Below are positions 26,772 through 34,541 of a stretch of 64,000 nucleotides of DNA, piece by piece (position 1 is the stretch's first letter; the number at the start of each line of letters is the position of its first letter). The DNA comes from Escherichia phage KKE7M. The stretch is from sequence record PQ356295.1; one strand, given 5' to 3'. The notes below the pieces were generated by a model. That model ran no database searches. It was given only the letters and a program-made list of their open reading frames with translations, and was not told the origin of the DNA. The position numbers and the translations under genes are program-made.

Positions 26772-26966
26772 CTATTTTTTACAAGGGATCAGTAAACTTC
26801 TCGCTACTGCTTCACGAAAACCTTTACTTTTTATTAGATCTATTGTTGCAGGGTGACAAGTAAAAGCCTTTGACCATTTTTGATCACCTGGTTTACGGGC
26901 GAAAATGTATACTTCCCCGTCAATTTCATCCCAACGAGTATTGCTTGTTAGTTTTTTAAGCGCCAT
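26772..26966 (-). CDS. hypothetical protein (about 64 aa)
   Basis: Start trimmed to ATG preceded by AAAGAGAAATC leader downstream of cassette 4. Confidence 0.5.
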   Translation of the reverse strand: MALKKLTSNTRWDEIDGEVYIFARKPGDQKWSKAFTCHPATIDLIKSKGFREAVARSLLIPCKK

Positions 26967-26987
26967 GATGATTTCTCTTTTAGTTGT

Positions 26988-27045
26988 GAGCGGCACTATT
27001 GCCGCCCTACGCAATACATTCTACCCTATTTATAATTGTTGTCAA
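26988..27045 (-). promoter_or_regulatory. promoter + leader-hairpin cassette 4 (TTGACA-16-TAGAAT + GCGGCA-ATAG-TGCCGC)
   Basis: Hairpin variant retains pairing via compensatory changes. Confidence 0.55.
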
Positions 27046-27046
27046 A

Positions 27047-27316
27047 CTATTTTTTCAAGCTCGCCCAGTCAAAACACGGCGGGATCTCGTTAAAACTTGT
27101 GCCCTGTAAAGCACATAATTTTTTAGCAATAGCCGCCGTGACCTGGCGCTGTACGCGCGGATCTGCTACTGATTGGAGAAAGTAGGCGGCTTTATATGTG
27201 ATCATGCTTTCGCCTGTTTCCTTGTTAACATGATGCACTATTTTAGCCTTATCATCTTTTACCAGGGTGTAACCGGATTCGATGGCCTTGATTGCAACGT
27301 CCAATGATATTTTCAT
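27047..27316 (-). CDS. hypothetical protein (89 aa)
   Basis: AAAGAGATAAATC leader then ATG, directly after hairpin. Confidence 0.6.
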   Translation of the reverse strand: MKISLDVAIKAIESGYTLVKDDKAKIVHHVNKETGESMITYKAAYFLQSVADPRVQRQVTAAIAKKLCALQGTSFNEIPPCFDWASLKK

Positions 27317-27335
27317 GATTTATCTCTTTATTGAT

Positions 27336-27355
27336 GGCGGGGAATACTCCCCGCC
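27336..27355 (-). promoter_or_regulatory. intergenic leader hairpin without own promoter (GGCGGGG-AGTATT-CCCCGCC)
   Basis: GC-rich hairpin between two same-operon genes; no U-tract. Confidence 0.4.
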
Positions 27356-27362
27356 TTATTAA

Positions 27363-27533
27363 TTACTCTTCATCGTCGCCGTTGTAGTATTCAATGCCGT
27401 TTTCATCGGTTACGGTAATATTAACGCCACCGATAGCAACACGATCACGGGCAAACGTCATGGCTTCATTTAAATCTTCAGACCAAAAAATATTGTGACC
27501 TTTGCGCGATACGTAAAACATAGTCGGGATCAT
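27363..27533 (-). CDS. small protein, about 56 aa
   Basis: AGAAGAGAAACAAATC leader then ATG downstream of cassette 6; not in ORF track. Confidence 0.5.
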   Translation of the reverse strand: MIPTMFYVSRKGHNIFWSEDLNEAMTFARDRVAIGGVNITVTDENGIEYYNGDDEE

Positions 27534-27557
27534 GATTTGTTTCTCTTCTGCTGTGAG

Positions 27558-27616
27558 CGGGAAACCATTTCCCGCCCTATGTGATAAACTTTACTACGTT
27601 GTTTGCCTACTGTCAA
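27558..27616 (-). promoter_or_regulatory. promoter + leader-hairpin cassette 6 (TTGACA-17-TAAAGT + GCGGGAAA-TGG-TTTCCCGC)
   Basis: Same architecture. Confidence 0.6.
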
Positions 27617-27617
27617 A

Positions 27618-27902
27618 TTATTTTTTAATGTTTTGCCCTACAAAATTGATCACATCTTTAAGCTGTTTCTCAGTCATGATCGTGCCTGGTAGTTCCTCTT
27701 TGATTTCTTGCGGTAAATAGATATTACCGCGCCAGGTTAATAAACAACCGTTTTGATCTTCGCAGATAGAATAAGAGAAGATCCACTCATTATCATTCTC
27801 AAGCTCCCAAAAGCACAAAAAATCTTCTTTCCCTAAGTTTTCAACGGTTAAGCATAAGCCGCGACGTGCTGCATAGTTGGAAAGTGCTTTTGTGATCTTC
27901 AT
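27618..27902 (-). CDS. hypothetical protein (94 aa)
   Basis: AGAAGAGATAAGAT leader then ATG downstream of cassette 7. Confidence 0.6.
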   Translation of the reverse strand: MKITKALSNYAARRGLCLTVENLGKEDFLCFWELENDNEWIFSYSICEDQNGCLLTWRGNIYLPQEIKEELPGTIMTEKQLKDVINFVGQNIKK

Positions 27903-27921
27903 ATCTTATCTCTTCTGTTAA

Positions 27922-27985
27922 GGCGGGAAAACCATTTCCCCGCTCTATGAGATACAATATACCCCTTATCAGGTGTGCTGTCAAT
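27922..27985 (-). promoter_or_regulatory. promoter + leader-hairpin cassette 7 (TTGACA-17-TATATT + GCGGGGAAA-TGG-TTTTCCCGCC)
   Basis: Same architecture, 1-nt hairpin variant. Confidence 0.6.
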
Positions 27986-28308
27986 CAATAATCTTTAATA
28001 TTTTCCACATTTACAAAAGTGTGTTTATTTTCTAAGTTTTCGCCGTACCATTGCCCAATGTTGATTTCTGCGGTGCGCAACCAGGACATGCCGCGTTCTA
28101 TCTTTTTGCTTGCAATGTCGATCCGGCTTTTACATAGTGCTTTCGCTTGCAATGTAAAAACACTATTGCCCTGTAATGCTTCCAGGTCATCATGTGCAAG
28201 GCGATACTCTTTAAAGCCTGATTCTATCATTTCAATAGCATCAAGTAAACGCGCGCGATGATAGAAAAAATCAGAGTTATCCAAATAAACACCGATCACA
28301 GATTTCAT
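27985..28308 (-). CDS. hypothetical protein (about 107 aa)
   Basis: Start trimmed to ATG with AAAAGGG RBS. Confidence 0.6.
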   Translation of the reverse strand: MKSVIGVYLDNSDFFYHRARLLDAIEMIESGFKEYRLAHDDLEALQGNSVFTLQAKALCKSRIDIASKKIERGMSWLRTAEINIGQWYGENLENKHTFVNVENIKDY

Positions 28309-28329
28309 AATTTTACCCTTTTGTTTGCG

Positions 28330-28379
28330 GCCTTTGCCGTTTTCAAGATATAGTTTAAAGCATAACAAAAAATTGTCAA
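28330..28379 (-). promoter_or_regulatory. sigma70-like promoter (TTGACA ... TAAACT), minus strand
   Basis: Consensus -35 with plausible -10 upstream of 28308 start; no GGCGGG hairpin. Confidence 0.4.
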
Positions 28380-28408
28380 GCCTTTAAAGCGTACAACTAT
28401 AAAACCTA

Positions 28409-28528
28409 TTAAAACACAATGTATAACAACATGGCTATAGTAGCAATACAACATAAAGCCATGCTTGTTTTCCTTCCTTCCTCGTATGCTGGATTTATTA
28501 CGCTATATTGTACGGGAATAATTTTCAT
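28409..28528 (-). CDS. tiny hydrophobic peptide, about 39 aa
   Basis: AAGGAAACAGC RBS; not in ORF track. Confidence 0.3.
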   Translation of the reverse strand: MKIIPVQYSVINPAYEEGRKTSMALCCIATIAMLLYIVF

Positions 28529-28537
28529 GCTGTTTCC

Positions 28538-28633
28538 TTAATGTCTTAAAACGTGGTTTACAATAGAAACAAGTATACAGAAGAAAAAAGATCCTGACAA
28601 TAAGATCCCGAAAAATAAATGTAAATAGGGCAT
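28538..28633 (-). CDS. tiny hydrophobic peptide, 31 aa
   Basis: AAGGAGTAAAACC RBS 2 nt after upstream stop; codon-by-codon check gives MPYLHLFFGILLSGSFFFCILVSIVNHVLRH. Confidence 0.35.
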   Translation of the reverse strand: MPYLHLFFGILLSGSFFFCILVSIVNHVLRH

Positions 28634-28637
28634 GGTT

Positions 28638-28940
28638 TTACTCCTTAAAAAAATCATTGACAATTAAACTGATAACGCCCAGCACCAGATCACCAGGTAG
28701 CGCCGCGCTTTCGTTGTTGCTTGTTTGCACTTCCTCACTAGTACCAGCATGATAGATTGCATGGTAAGCAATAGTATAATAACCTTTCGTTATTTCTTTA
28801 AGATTAATGATTAGCACGTTATTTGTTTCATCTTGAAACAATTTAGCGGTGATAGTATTGTTTTCTTTTACACTATCGACTTTTATTGATGGATCATTTA
28901 CACCAGAAAAAAGAAAAAACGTTTTAGCTATGCCGTTCAT
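28638..28940 (-). CDS. hypothetical protein (100 aa)
   Basis: AAAGGAGAAC RBS. Confidence 0.6.
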   Translation of the reverse strand: MNGIAKTFFLFSGVNDPSIKVDSVKENNTITAKLFQDETNNVLIINLKEITKGYYTIAYHAIYHAGTSEEVQTSNNESAALPGDLVLGVISLIVNDFFKE

Positions 28941-28962
28941 GTAGTTCTCCTTTGTTGTGTGT

Positions 28963-28991
28963 ATCTTATAACGTGCTTTCTATGTTGTCAA
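28963..28991 (-). promoter_or_regulatory. sigma70-like promoter (TTGACA-17-TAAGAT), minus strand
   Basis: -35 overlaps stop codon of upstream gene. Confidence 0.45.
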
Positions 28992-29389
28992 TCTTTTATT
29001 TCGGTGCATTTTGCTAGGGTATACGTTGCAAGTGCTGACACTAGTTTTTCATTGTTACGATCTGCGGCTGTACTGTGTACTTTTTGGATACTTTTTAACC
29101 ACGGTGTAAAATTTTGAGTAGTGAGCACACTGGTAATAATTTCACATGGCACGTTTTCATTTAAGCCATTAACAATAGATTTATCTATTTTTGCCGTTAA
29201 TTGTGTAACAGCACCATAAGCGATCATGTGTGAATCCTCCATGATTTCATCGGGGATCGCATTATTAATGATCATGACGTTTTCCATTGCATCAACGGCG
29301 CTTAATTCTGCTACTGTGGAGGATATCGCCGCGTGAGATGTTCCAACCATGCCAAAAGAGATTAAACCAGCGATCAATAATTTTTTCAT
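28988..29389 (-). CDS. putative secreted/periplasmic protein with signal peptide (about 133 aa)
   Basis: MKKLLIAGLISFGMVGTSHA signal-peptide-like N-terminus; GAGGCAAGAA RBS. Confidence 0.6.
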   Translation of the reverse strand: MKKLLIAGLISFGMVGTSHAAISSTVAELSAVDAMENVMIINNAIPDEIMEDSHMIAYGAVTQLTAKIDKSIVNGLNENVPCEIITSVLTTQNFTPWLKSIQKVHSTAADRNNEKLVSALATYTLAKCTEIKD

Positions 29390-29397
29390 TTCTTGCC

Positions 29398-29580
29398 TCA
29401 TATATGTTTTATTGAGATTATATTGTCACTATATACAACGTTTTTCAACGTGTCAATAAAAATTTTATTGTCTTCAATCCCCAGGATCACGCCGCTAGTT
29501 ATAAAGCCATATTGATCACGATATCTGGCGCATAACCTTTGCCCCTGGGCTAGTGCCTTGCTTATTTCGTCTAATTTCAT
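29398..29580 (-). CDS. hypothetical protein (about 60 aa)
   Basis: Internal ATG preceded by CAGGAGC RBS. Confidence 0.5.
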   Translation of the reverse strand: MKLDEISKALAQGQRLCARYRDQYGFITSGVILGIEDNKIFIDTLKNVVYSDNIISIKHI

Positions 29581-29667
29581 TTTTAAAGCTCCTGTAAAGC
29601 CGTCTAACGTTGATTTATAGGCTTGCCCTGGCGTTACCATTGCCTATGGGTAACAAGCCTCTATATA

Positions 29668-29700
29668 AGCTAAAAGGGCGCTTATTGCGCCCTTTTTGTT
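29668..29700. terminator. bidirectional rho-independent terminator
   Basis: AGGGCGC-TTATT-GCGCCCT hairpin flanked by A-run and T-run. Confidence 0.55.
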
Positions 29701-29836
29701 ATTCGTTCCAGTGTCTTTTTGTGCTGCGATCTCTTTTTGTTTTGTTCCGCTTATCGCCTTTCTTGGTAATCTCTTCGTTCCAATTTTTACGCGCCTTGCT
29801 GCGGTTGAATTTTTCGATCTGCTGTGATGCGTTCAT
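29699..29836 (-). CDS. small highly basic protein, about 45 aa
   Basis: AAGAGGAAAAAAC RBS; K/R-rich; not in ORF track. Confidence 0.4.
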   Translation of the reverse strand: MNASQQIEKFNRSKARKNWNEEITKKGDKRNKTKRDRSTKRHWNE

Positions 29837-29851
29837 GTTTTTTCCTCTTAA

Positions 29852-30211
29852 TTACGCAACGTTATGCTGTTTTGCCAGGGTTACAATCATGCTTGCAATA
29901 TATAACCAATAATTTTCCCTCTCACGGGTAACGGTTGTTTCTTTGCTTGTTTCTTTTATGTACTTCCATTCAATTAACAAGTGATCGATCTCGTTATAAT
30001 CAAAAGCAATATTGACTTCTGACGGTAAACCTTGTAACCATGAGGCTATTGCCTTGATCACGTTATAATTGTAACGTTTTTGATTATCGGGATACCAGTA
30101 TTCAGAGTTAAAACGGCGCATCAGTTCGGTGATCTTTTCTTTTTCGGTTGTAGTACCATCAAAAGAAATAGCCGACACAATGTAAGTTTTAATTGCTTTT
30201 ACTGATTTCAT
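29852..30211 (-). CDS. hypothetical protein (119 aa)
   Basis: AAAGAGATAAGATT leader then ATG downstream of cassette 8. Confidence 0.6.
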   Translation of the reverse strand: MKSVKAIKTYIVSAISFDGTTTEKEKITELMRRFNSEYWYPDNQKRYNYNVIKAIASWLQGLPSEVNIAFDYNEIDHLLIEWKYIKETSKETTVTRERENYWLYIASMIVTLAKQHNVA

Positions 30212-30231
30212 AATCTTATCTCTTTATTGAT

Positions 30232-30290
30232 GGCGGGAAACCATTTCCCGCCGTTGTTGTTACTTTACTTATAAATGATGCTACTGTCAA
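30232..30290 (-). promoter_or_regulatory. promoter + leader-hairpin cassette 8 (TTGACA-17-TAAAGT + GGCGGGAAA-TGG-TTTCCCGCC)
   Basis: Identical hairpin. Confidence 0.6.
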
Positions 30291-30297
30291 GCGAATA

Positions 30298-30468
30298 TTA
30301 TTTATTTTTTAACGTTAATGTTCCCAGCTTATCAGCGTGACGCAGACCAGGAAAGATCCATTTTCCTGATTCATCTTTCACCGGGGCTTTAAGCGTAGCG
30401 CCCAGGTTGGCGGCGTTAACTTTACGTGCAACGTTGCGAGCGGCTTCACGGGTGGCGAAAGTGATCAT
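30298..30468 (-). CDS. small protein, about 56 aa
   Basis: AGAAGAGGAAACATC leader then ATG downstream of cassette 9; not in ORF track. Confidence 0.45.
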   Translation of the reverse strand: MITFATREAARNVARKVNAANLGATLKAPVKDESGKWIFPGLRHADKLGTLTLKNK

Positions 30469-30491
30469 GATGTTTCCTCTTCTCTTTGTTA

Positions 30492-30554
30492 GGCGGTGGG
30501 CTATTCCACCGCCTTAATGAATATAATTTACTTTATTGATGGCCCTGGAGTCAA
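30492..30554 (-). promoter_or_regulatory. promoter + leader-hairpin cassette 9 (TTGACT-18-TAAATT + GGCGGTGG-AATAGC-CCACCGCC)
   Basis: Variant hairpin with compensatory substitutions; -35 embedded in a second short palindrome. Confidence 0.5.
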
Positions 30555-30572
30555 GGCCATCTAAAAATAAAT

Positions 30573-30914
30573 TTACTCGTTTTCTTCCAGCTCTGAAAGA
30601 TCTTCTTTCACTTCTTCGAGCTCTGTCTGCAATTCTTGGTACTCTTCATCGTCCTCAATATCCAGGCTGCCGATGTAGTCGCTAAATCCGCAGCGGTAAG
30701 CGATAGGATCTAACTCCTTGAGGATACGCGACGGAAGAAAAGAAATGTCTCCGATCATAATTTCGCCGTAGATCTCGTCTAACCATTCATCATAGTTTTC
30801 GTCGTACTTGTCCTCGTCGATTTCAAAGTTATCGATCTTGTTCTCAAGGTCTGCGATCTGTTTTTTCAGCGCGGCGATCTGCATAGCTTTTTCTGCGGCG
30901 GTCATAGTAGTCAT
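30573..30914 (-). CDS. acidic coiled-coil protein (113 aa)
   Basis: AAAGGAGAAAAC RBS; Asp/Glu-rich with heptad-like pattern. Confidence 0.6.
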   Translation of the reverse strand: MTTMTAAEKAMQIAALKKQIADLENKIDNFEIDEDKYDENYDEWLDEIYGEIMIGDISFLPSRILKELDPIAYRCGFSDYIGSLDIEDDEEYQELQTELEEVKEDLSELEENE

Positions 30915-30939
30915 GGTGTTTTCTCCTTTTGTGTATTCT

Positions 30940-30994
30940 GGGAAGTTTTCCCGTTTACGTGTTTAAGTATATCGATTTTAGTTATCTTGTCAAT
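30940..30994 (-). promoter_or_regulatory. sigma70-like promoter (TTGACA-16-TATACT) with degenerate leader hairpin
   Basis: GGGAA-AAC-TTCCC mini-hairpin downstream of -10. Confidence 0.45.
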
Positions 30995-31001
30995 ATTATT
31001 T

Positions 31002-31229
31002 TTAGTTTAACTGATCCAGGCACAACAAGCGATCAACATTTAGATCGGTTAGGCTAATCGTTGGCACTTGGTAGGCTTCGATGTACTCAACGCTCGACCA
31101 TTGCCCAAAGTTAGCGACCGCCCAGCTATTCAAGGAGGAGTGAAGATCATCCCCTTTCTTCTCGGTGATAACTGCTACTACCTGGGATATTCCAACCGTG
31201 CCGGATACGCGAACAATAACGATAGCCAT
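31002..31229 (-). CDS. hypothetical protein (75 aa)
   Basis: AAAGAAAGG leader then ATG downstream of cassette 10. Confidence 0.55.
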   Translation of the reverse strand: MAIVIVRVSGTVGISQVVAVITEKKGDDLHSSLNSWAVANFGQWSSVEYIEAYQVPTISLTDLNVDRLLCLDQLN

Positions 31230-31251
31230 AATGTTAACCTTTCTTTGATTT

Positions 31252-31311
31252 GGCGGGAAACCATTTCCCGCCCTATGCGATAAACTATACCAGATTAAAA
31301 AACGTTGTCAA
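31252..31311 (-). promoter_or_regulatory. promoter + leader-hairpin cassette 10 (TTGACA-16-TATAGT + GGCGGGAAA-TGG-TTTCCCGCC)
   Basis: Identical hairpin. Confidence 0.6.
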
Positions 31312-31320
31312 CTGCTTTTA

Positions 31321-31560
31321 TTACATTCCTACCATAGCGGCGCGGATACTGGTTTTACTGAATTTATAGCCATCTGGCGTAGTATTTTGGCCCATTTCGT
31401 TAAGTAGTGACATCATTTCACGCGCGGCGTTATCTTTATTGTTGTTCACGGCTATAAATTCTTTTGCCATATTATAAAAACCTGGATCGTTATTAATCCA
31501 AAGGCTTACATTCCAATGAGTTTTATTTTTGTGACCGTTGTACATTTTAGATTTAGCCAT
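31321..31560 (-). CDS. hypothetical protein (79 aa)
   Basis: AAAAGAGATTAACATC leader then ATG downstream of cassette 11. Confidence 0.6.
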   Translation of the reverse strand: MAKSKMYNGHKNKTHWNVSLWINNDPGFYNMAKEFIAVNNNKDNAAREMMSLLNEMGQNTTPDGYKFSKTSIRAAMVGM

Positions 31561-31585
31561 GATGTTAATCTCTTTTTCAGTGAGG

Positions 31586-31642
31586 CGGGAACTATTCCCG
31601 CTCTCGATATAAGTATTATATGCTTTTTATTCGTGCTGTCAA
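31586..31642 (-). promoter_or_regulatory. promoter + leader-hairpin cassette 11 (TTGACA-16-TATAAT + GCGGGAA-TAGT-TCCCGC)
   Basis: Perfect consensus -35/-10; variant hairpin. Confidence 0.6.
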
Positions 31643-31648
31643 TGCTTT

Positions 31649-32014
31649 TTATAAATCTTTTTTGCGTTTAACATCGCTTGCATGACTGTATACAGCGATC
31701 CCATTGTCACGGCAAAAACGGGAAAGGTAAGCATAATTTGAAAAGTCTTTACCTTCCAGGTTGATAACCTTGCTAAACTCTTCCAGGGCAACGGTATCAA
31801 AATGATCACCATAACCATATTGAAACGGAACGTTAACGACTTCAATCAGTTTACCGCCGATCTCAACGTCAACCATCAAAGAGAAATAAGTATTACCATA
31901 CGACTTTTGAAACCAGCGACGGGCGCTAATATGTACCGCTTCAATGCTGGATAGCTCAATTTTAGCAGTGTTAGCCAGGGTAGCATAAGCAGAAACATTG
32001 ATATTTTTAGCCAT
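31649..32014 (-). CDS. hypothetical protein (121 aa)
   Basis: AAAAGAGATTAAAGAC leader then ATG. Confidence 0.6.
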   Translation of the reverse strand: MAKNINVSAYATLANTAKIELSSIEAVHISARRWFQKSYGNTYFSLMVDVEIGGKLIEVVNVPFQYGYGDHFDTVALEEFSKVINLEGKDFSNYAYLSRFCRDNGIAVYSHASDVKRKKDL

Positions 32015-32040
32015 AGTCTTTAATCTCTTTTGATTAGTTA

Positions 32041-32090
32041 GGAGTATTCCCGATAAAAGTTATTATGCTTGTGCTATCGTTCGTTGTCAA
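32041..32090 (-). promoter_or_regulatory. sigma70-like promoter (TTGACA-17-CATAAT)
   Basis: -35/-10 upstream of 32014 start; hairpin degenerate. Confidence 0.45.
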
Positions 32091-32109
32091 TAGCACAAGA
32101 CTAAAACTT

Positions 32110-32289
32110 TTAACGATAATCATCATAGGCTTTATTGACCTGGCGAATATAGCATTCAAAAGCTAGATCAATAGATTTATATTCACGGATATAATCACCA
32201 TAGGAAACCACATACATTTCTATAGCTTCCTCATATGCCAGGATGATAGAATCTAAACCTACGATCTCAGTCTTTGCAATAATAGCCAT
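32110..32289 (-). CDS. small protein, about 59 aa
   Basis: CTAAGGAATAAAAGC RBS; not in ORF track; coordinates approximate. Confidence 0.45.
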   Translation of the reverse strand: MAIIAKTEIVGLDSIILAYEEAIEMYVVSYGDYIREYKSIDLAFECYIRQVNKAYDDYR

Positions 32290-32348
32290 GCTTTTATTCC
32301 TTAGTAATGTTTCAATCTATATAAGCATTATAGCTTACTGATTTCAGG

Positions 32349-32432
32349 TGTCAAGTGATTTTTTATTTCACCTTATGGGGCGTTGCCCCGCTTTATGTGG
32401 TACATATTACGGGGCTTATTTGCATATGTCAA
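32349..32432 (-). promoter_or_regulatory. tandem promoters (TTGACA-17-TAATAT and TTGACA-16-TATAAT) flanking a GGGGC-AAC-GCCCC hairpin
   Basis: Two consensus promoters 70 bp apart on minus strand upstream of 32289 start. Confidence 0.5.
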
Positions 32433-32435
32433 GCC

Positions 32436-32990
32436 TTACACAATGCAATTTTCATAATTTTTTAGGGCTTGTCTTTTTTCCTCTTCTGTCGGCATGTATG
32501 GCTGGATCTCTTCCTCTTCCAGAGTAGGCATGATTTCTTCCTCTTCCTCCTGGTCGCCCTGGTCTTCCTCTTGCGCTATGGTAACAAGTTTATTGATCTT
32601 CTCCTGGGCTTTAATCAATTTTGCATCTAGCACCATTTTAGCGGTGTTGTATACAGTCCAGGCCATGCGCTTTTCTTCGTATGCCTTATCTAGTGCGGCT
32701 AATTTAGCGGGATACTCTTCCAACACCTTAAAAGCCGGATCAATGTTGTACAAGGGATTATTTTTAGCGTCATCGCTTGGATCTGCGGCGCTTGCAATGT
32801 CAGCGTTACCATTCGCCAGCCATCCAGGACGAACGGATCGCGTCCTGGTGTTGCCGTTGCTCTTTGCCGCTCGATTTCCTATCTGCTCCCCGCTATACCC
32901 TACCATGTGATCGATCATGTCATCTGGTATTATGCGCGGATCATTTGCGTCATGCTTTACCCAGGACTGGATCACATATTCACGCCCCAT
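32436..32990 (-). CDS. hypothetical protein with acidic C-terminal region (184 aa)
   Basis: AGAAGAGG RBS upstream. Confidence 0.6.
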   Translation of the reverse strand: MGREYVIQSWVKHDANDPRIIPDDMIDHMVGYSGEQIGNRAAKSNGNTRTRSVRPGWLANGNADIASAADPSDDAKNNPLYNIDPAFKVLEEYPAKLAALDKAYEEKRMAWTVYNTAKMVLDAKLIKAQEKINKLVTIAQEEDQGDQEEEEEIMPTLEEEEIQPYMPTEEEKRQALKNYENCIV

Positions 32991-32991
32991 G

Positions 32992-33252
32992 CTAGTTCGC
33001 CTCTTCTGTTAGTAGTTTACATACCTTAAACATGCTTGCAGCGTCTTTTGACGGTAGCCAGCCTATTCGATACACTCCAGGATCTGGATTAGTTACATCA
33101 GTCAGTTGCGCGTTGCGATGATTAAAAATAGTGTAACCGCCGCCAGCACGGGGATAAACATTATCTTTAAACCTGATAGCGTATCTCGCCAGGTCGAACG
33201 TTGTAGCATGTTCAAAAGCGATCACATTATCAAAAACTTTTAGAAAAAACAA
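32992..33252 (-). CDS. hypothetical protein (86 aa), TTG start
   Basis: GGGGAGGA RBS 5 nt before TTG. Confidence 0.5.
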   Translation of the reverse strand: MFFLKVFDNVIAFEHATTFDLARYAIRFKDNVYPRAGGGYTIFNHRNAQLTDVTNPDPGVYRIGWLPSKDAASMFKVCKLLTEEAN

Positions 33253-33254
33253 GA

Positions 33255-33401
33255 TTATCCTCCCCAGCGTTTAAAGCCCGTTGCACGGTTATTTTTTAGC
33301 TCTCGTTTTAGTCTCTTGCAACGGTTTACAAGTGCAAACCGTGCCGGAGTCGTAACAGTAGCGCCGTTTTTGGTATGAATACTCATTACATATTGTTTCA
33401 T
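33255..33401 (-). CDS. small basic protein, about 48 aa
   Basis: AGGATAAAACTTT then ATG downstream of cassette 13; not in ORF track. Confidence 0.4.
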   Translation of the reverse strand: MKQYVMSIHTKNGATVTTPARFALVNRCKRLKRELKNNRATGFKRWGG

Positions 33402-33420
33402 AAAGTTTTATCCTATATAA

Positions 33421-33473
33421 GCGGGAACAATTCCCGCTTTAAGATAGCTTATCAGGTTTTAGTGCAATGTCAA
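33421..33473 (-). promoter_or_regulatory. promoter + leader-hairpin cassette 13 (TTGACA-16-TAAGCT + GCGGGAA-TTGT-TCCCGC)
   Basis: Same architecture, variant loop. Confidence 0.55.
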
Positions 33474-33479
33474 CCGTTT

Positions 33480-33842
33480 TTATTCGTAAATTTTACCGCT
33501 TTCTACCCATACCATAACACGGCGCATGTTATCCCATGCATCTTGTTGCAGATTTAAGGCATGCAATTCTTCCGTGGTGCTCATACCTAGAACGGGCTTG
33601 CTATATGTTACAAAGAGATCGCCAGCATATTCATAAGCCAGGGTAAGATCACATTGAATCATCTTTTTAATCATAGCATCAAGCATCATATTAGCGGCAT
33701 GTTGATCACGTTTCAGCGGTAACGTTGCGATCTGTGTGCGATAGCTTTCGATCCGTGCATCCACTGCATCACGCGAAAGGTTTTTCACGTCATCGCGGAA
33801 AGATACCAGATTAAACATGATAGTATTGATTTGCTTGCTCAT
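33480..33842 (-). CDS. hypothetical protein (120 aa)
   Basis: AAAGAAAGGGTAACACA leader then ATG downstream of cassette 14. Confidence 0.6.
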   Translation of the reverse strand: MSKQINTIMFNLVSFRDDVKNLSRDAVDARIESYRTQIATLPLKRDQHAANMMLDAMIKKMIQCDLTLAYEYAGDLFVTYSKPVLGMSTTEELHALNLQQDAWDNMRRVMVWVESGKIYE

Positions 33843-33864
33843 TGTGTTACCCTTTCTTTGATTT

Positions 33865-33924
33865 GGCGGGAAACCATTTCCCGCCTTATGTGGTATATAT
33901 TACCAGATTATTTTTCAGTGTCAA
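33865..33924 (-). promoter_or_regulatory. promoter + leader-hairpin cassette 14 (TTGACA-16-TAATAT + GGCGGGAAA-TGG-TTTCCCGCC)
   Basis: Identical hairpin. Confidence 0.6.
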
Positions 33925-33927
33925 GCC

Positions 33928-34200
33928 TTAAAACAAAAATGCTATATCTTGCGCTTTTAGTGTAGTGTCGATCATTTTCGGGCTTTTATAATCGACAAAG
34001 CGCGCGGTTTTTTCAATAACGAAGCCGAGGTAATCTTGTTTATTGAAATCACATTCTTTTTTAAATGTTTCCCGTGCCACTGTGATCGCTGCGTCCAGGG
34101 ATAAACGTCCATCAATATTGATGTTAGCGAAAGATCCGCCACCGCGCATAGGTTTACCAGTGATACCCTTTACGATCATTGATGCGCTATATGATGCCAT
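33928..34200 (-). CDS. hypothetical protein (90 aa)
   Basis: AGAAGAGAGAAATAATC leader then ATG downstream of cassette 15. Confidence 0.6.
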   Translation of the reverse strand: MASYSASMIVKGITGKPMRGGGSFANINIDGRLSLDAAITVARETFKKECDFNKQDYLGFVIEKTARFVDYKSPKMIDTTLKAQDIAFLF

Positions 34201-34224
34201 GATTATTTCTCTCTTCTGTTATGA

Positions 34225-34280
34225 GCGGCACTATTGCCGCCCTATGTGATACATCTTATCAGATTAAAAAACGTTGTCAA
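34225..34280 (-). promoter_or_regulatory. promoter + leader-hairpin cassette 15 (TTGACA + GCGGCA-ATAG-TGCCGC)
   Basis: Same variant hairpin as cassette 4. Confidence 0.55.
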
Positions 34281-34289
34281 GAATATTTT

Positions 34290-34385
34290 TTAGAAAATAA
34301 CAACCGCTACTACAATCCAAAATGGAACGGCTAGAATGATAGCGTTAATCGTTCCAACCGTCAAGCTGTTTTCTTTCTTGATCAT
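34290..34385 (-). CDS. tiny hydrophobic peptide, 31 aa
   Basis: First ORF after the outermost promoter of the array; weak RBS; not in ORF track. Confidence 0.25.
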   Translation of the reverse strand: MIKKENSLTVGTINAIILAVPFWIVVAVVIF

Positions 34386-34512
34386 CGTTATCAACCTTTT
34401 ATAAGTAATGTTATTGTGACGGTGGATTGTGGAGATCCTCACCTTTGCCCGTCCTGCATTGCACCCGCCTTTTATTTATTGTCGTTGTGCCTTGCCCCCC
34501 TCGACAAGATGA

Positions 34513-34541
34513 ATAATATGTTATTACCCTGGTAACGTCAA
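34513..34541 (-). promoter_or_regulatory. sigma70-like promoter (TTGACG-17-TATTAT), outermost promoter of reverse array
   Basis: -35/-10 pair followed by about 120-nt GC-rich leader. Confidence 0.4.

Noticed and set aside
29610-29912. Listed 100-aa plus-strand ORF
   Set aside because: Overlaps a terminator and a minus-strand small basic ORF that has a ribosome site; plus-strand frame lacks translation signals.
25729-34280. GC-rich hairpins interpreted as rho-independent terminators
   Set aside because: They lack a following U-tract and lie between a consensus promoter and the ribosome site of the downstream gene, so a leader-structure role is more consistent.
25729-34280. Reiterated hairpin repeats as a CRISPR array
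   Set aside because: Repeats are palindromic promoter-associated units with irregular spacing of 300-1000 bp, each followed by an ORF; no regular repeat-spacer periodicity.
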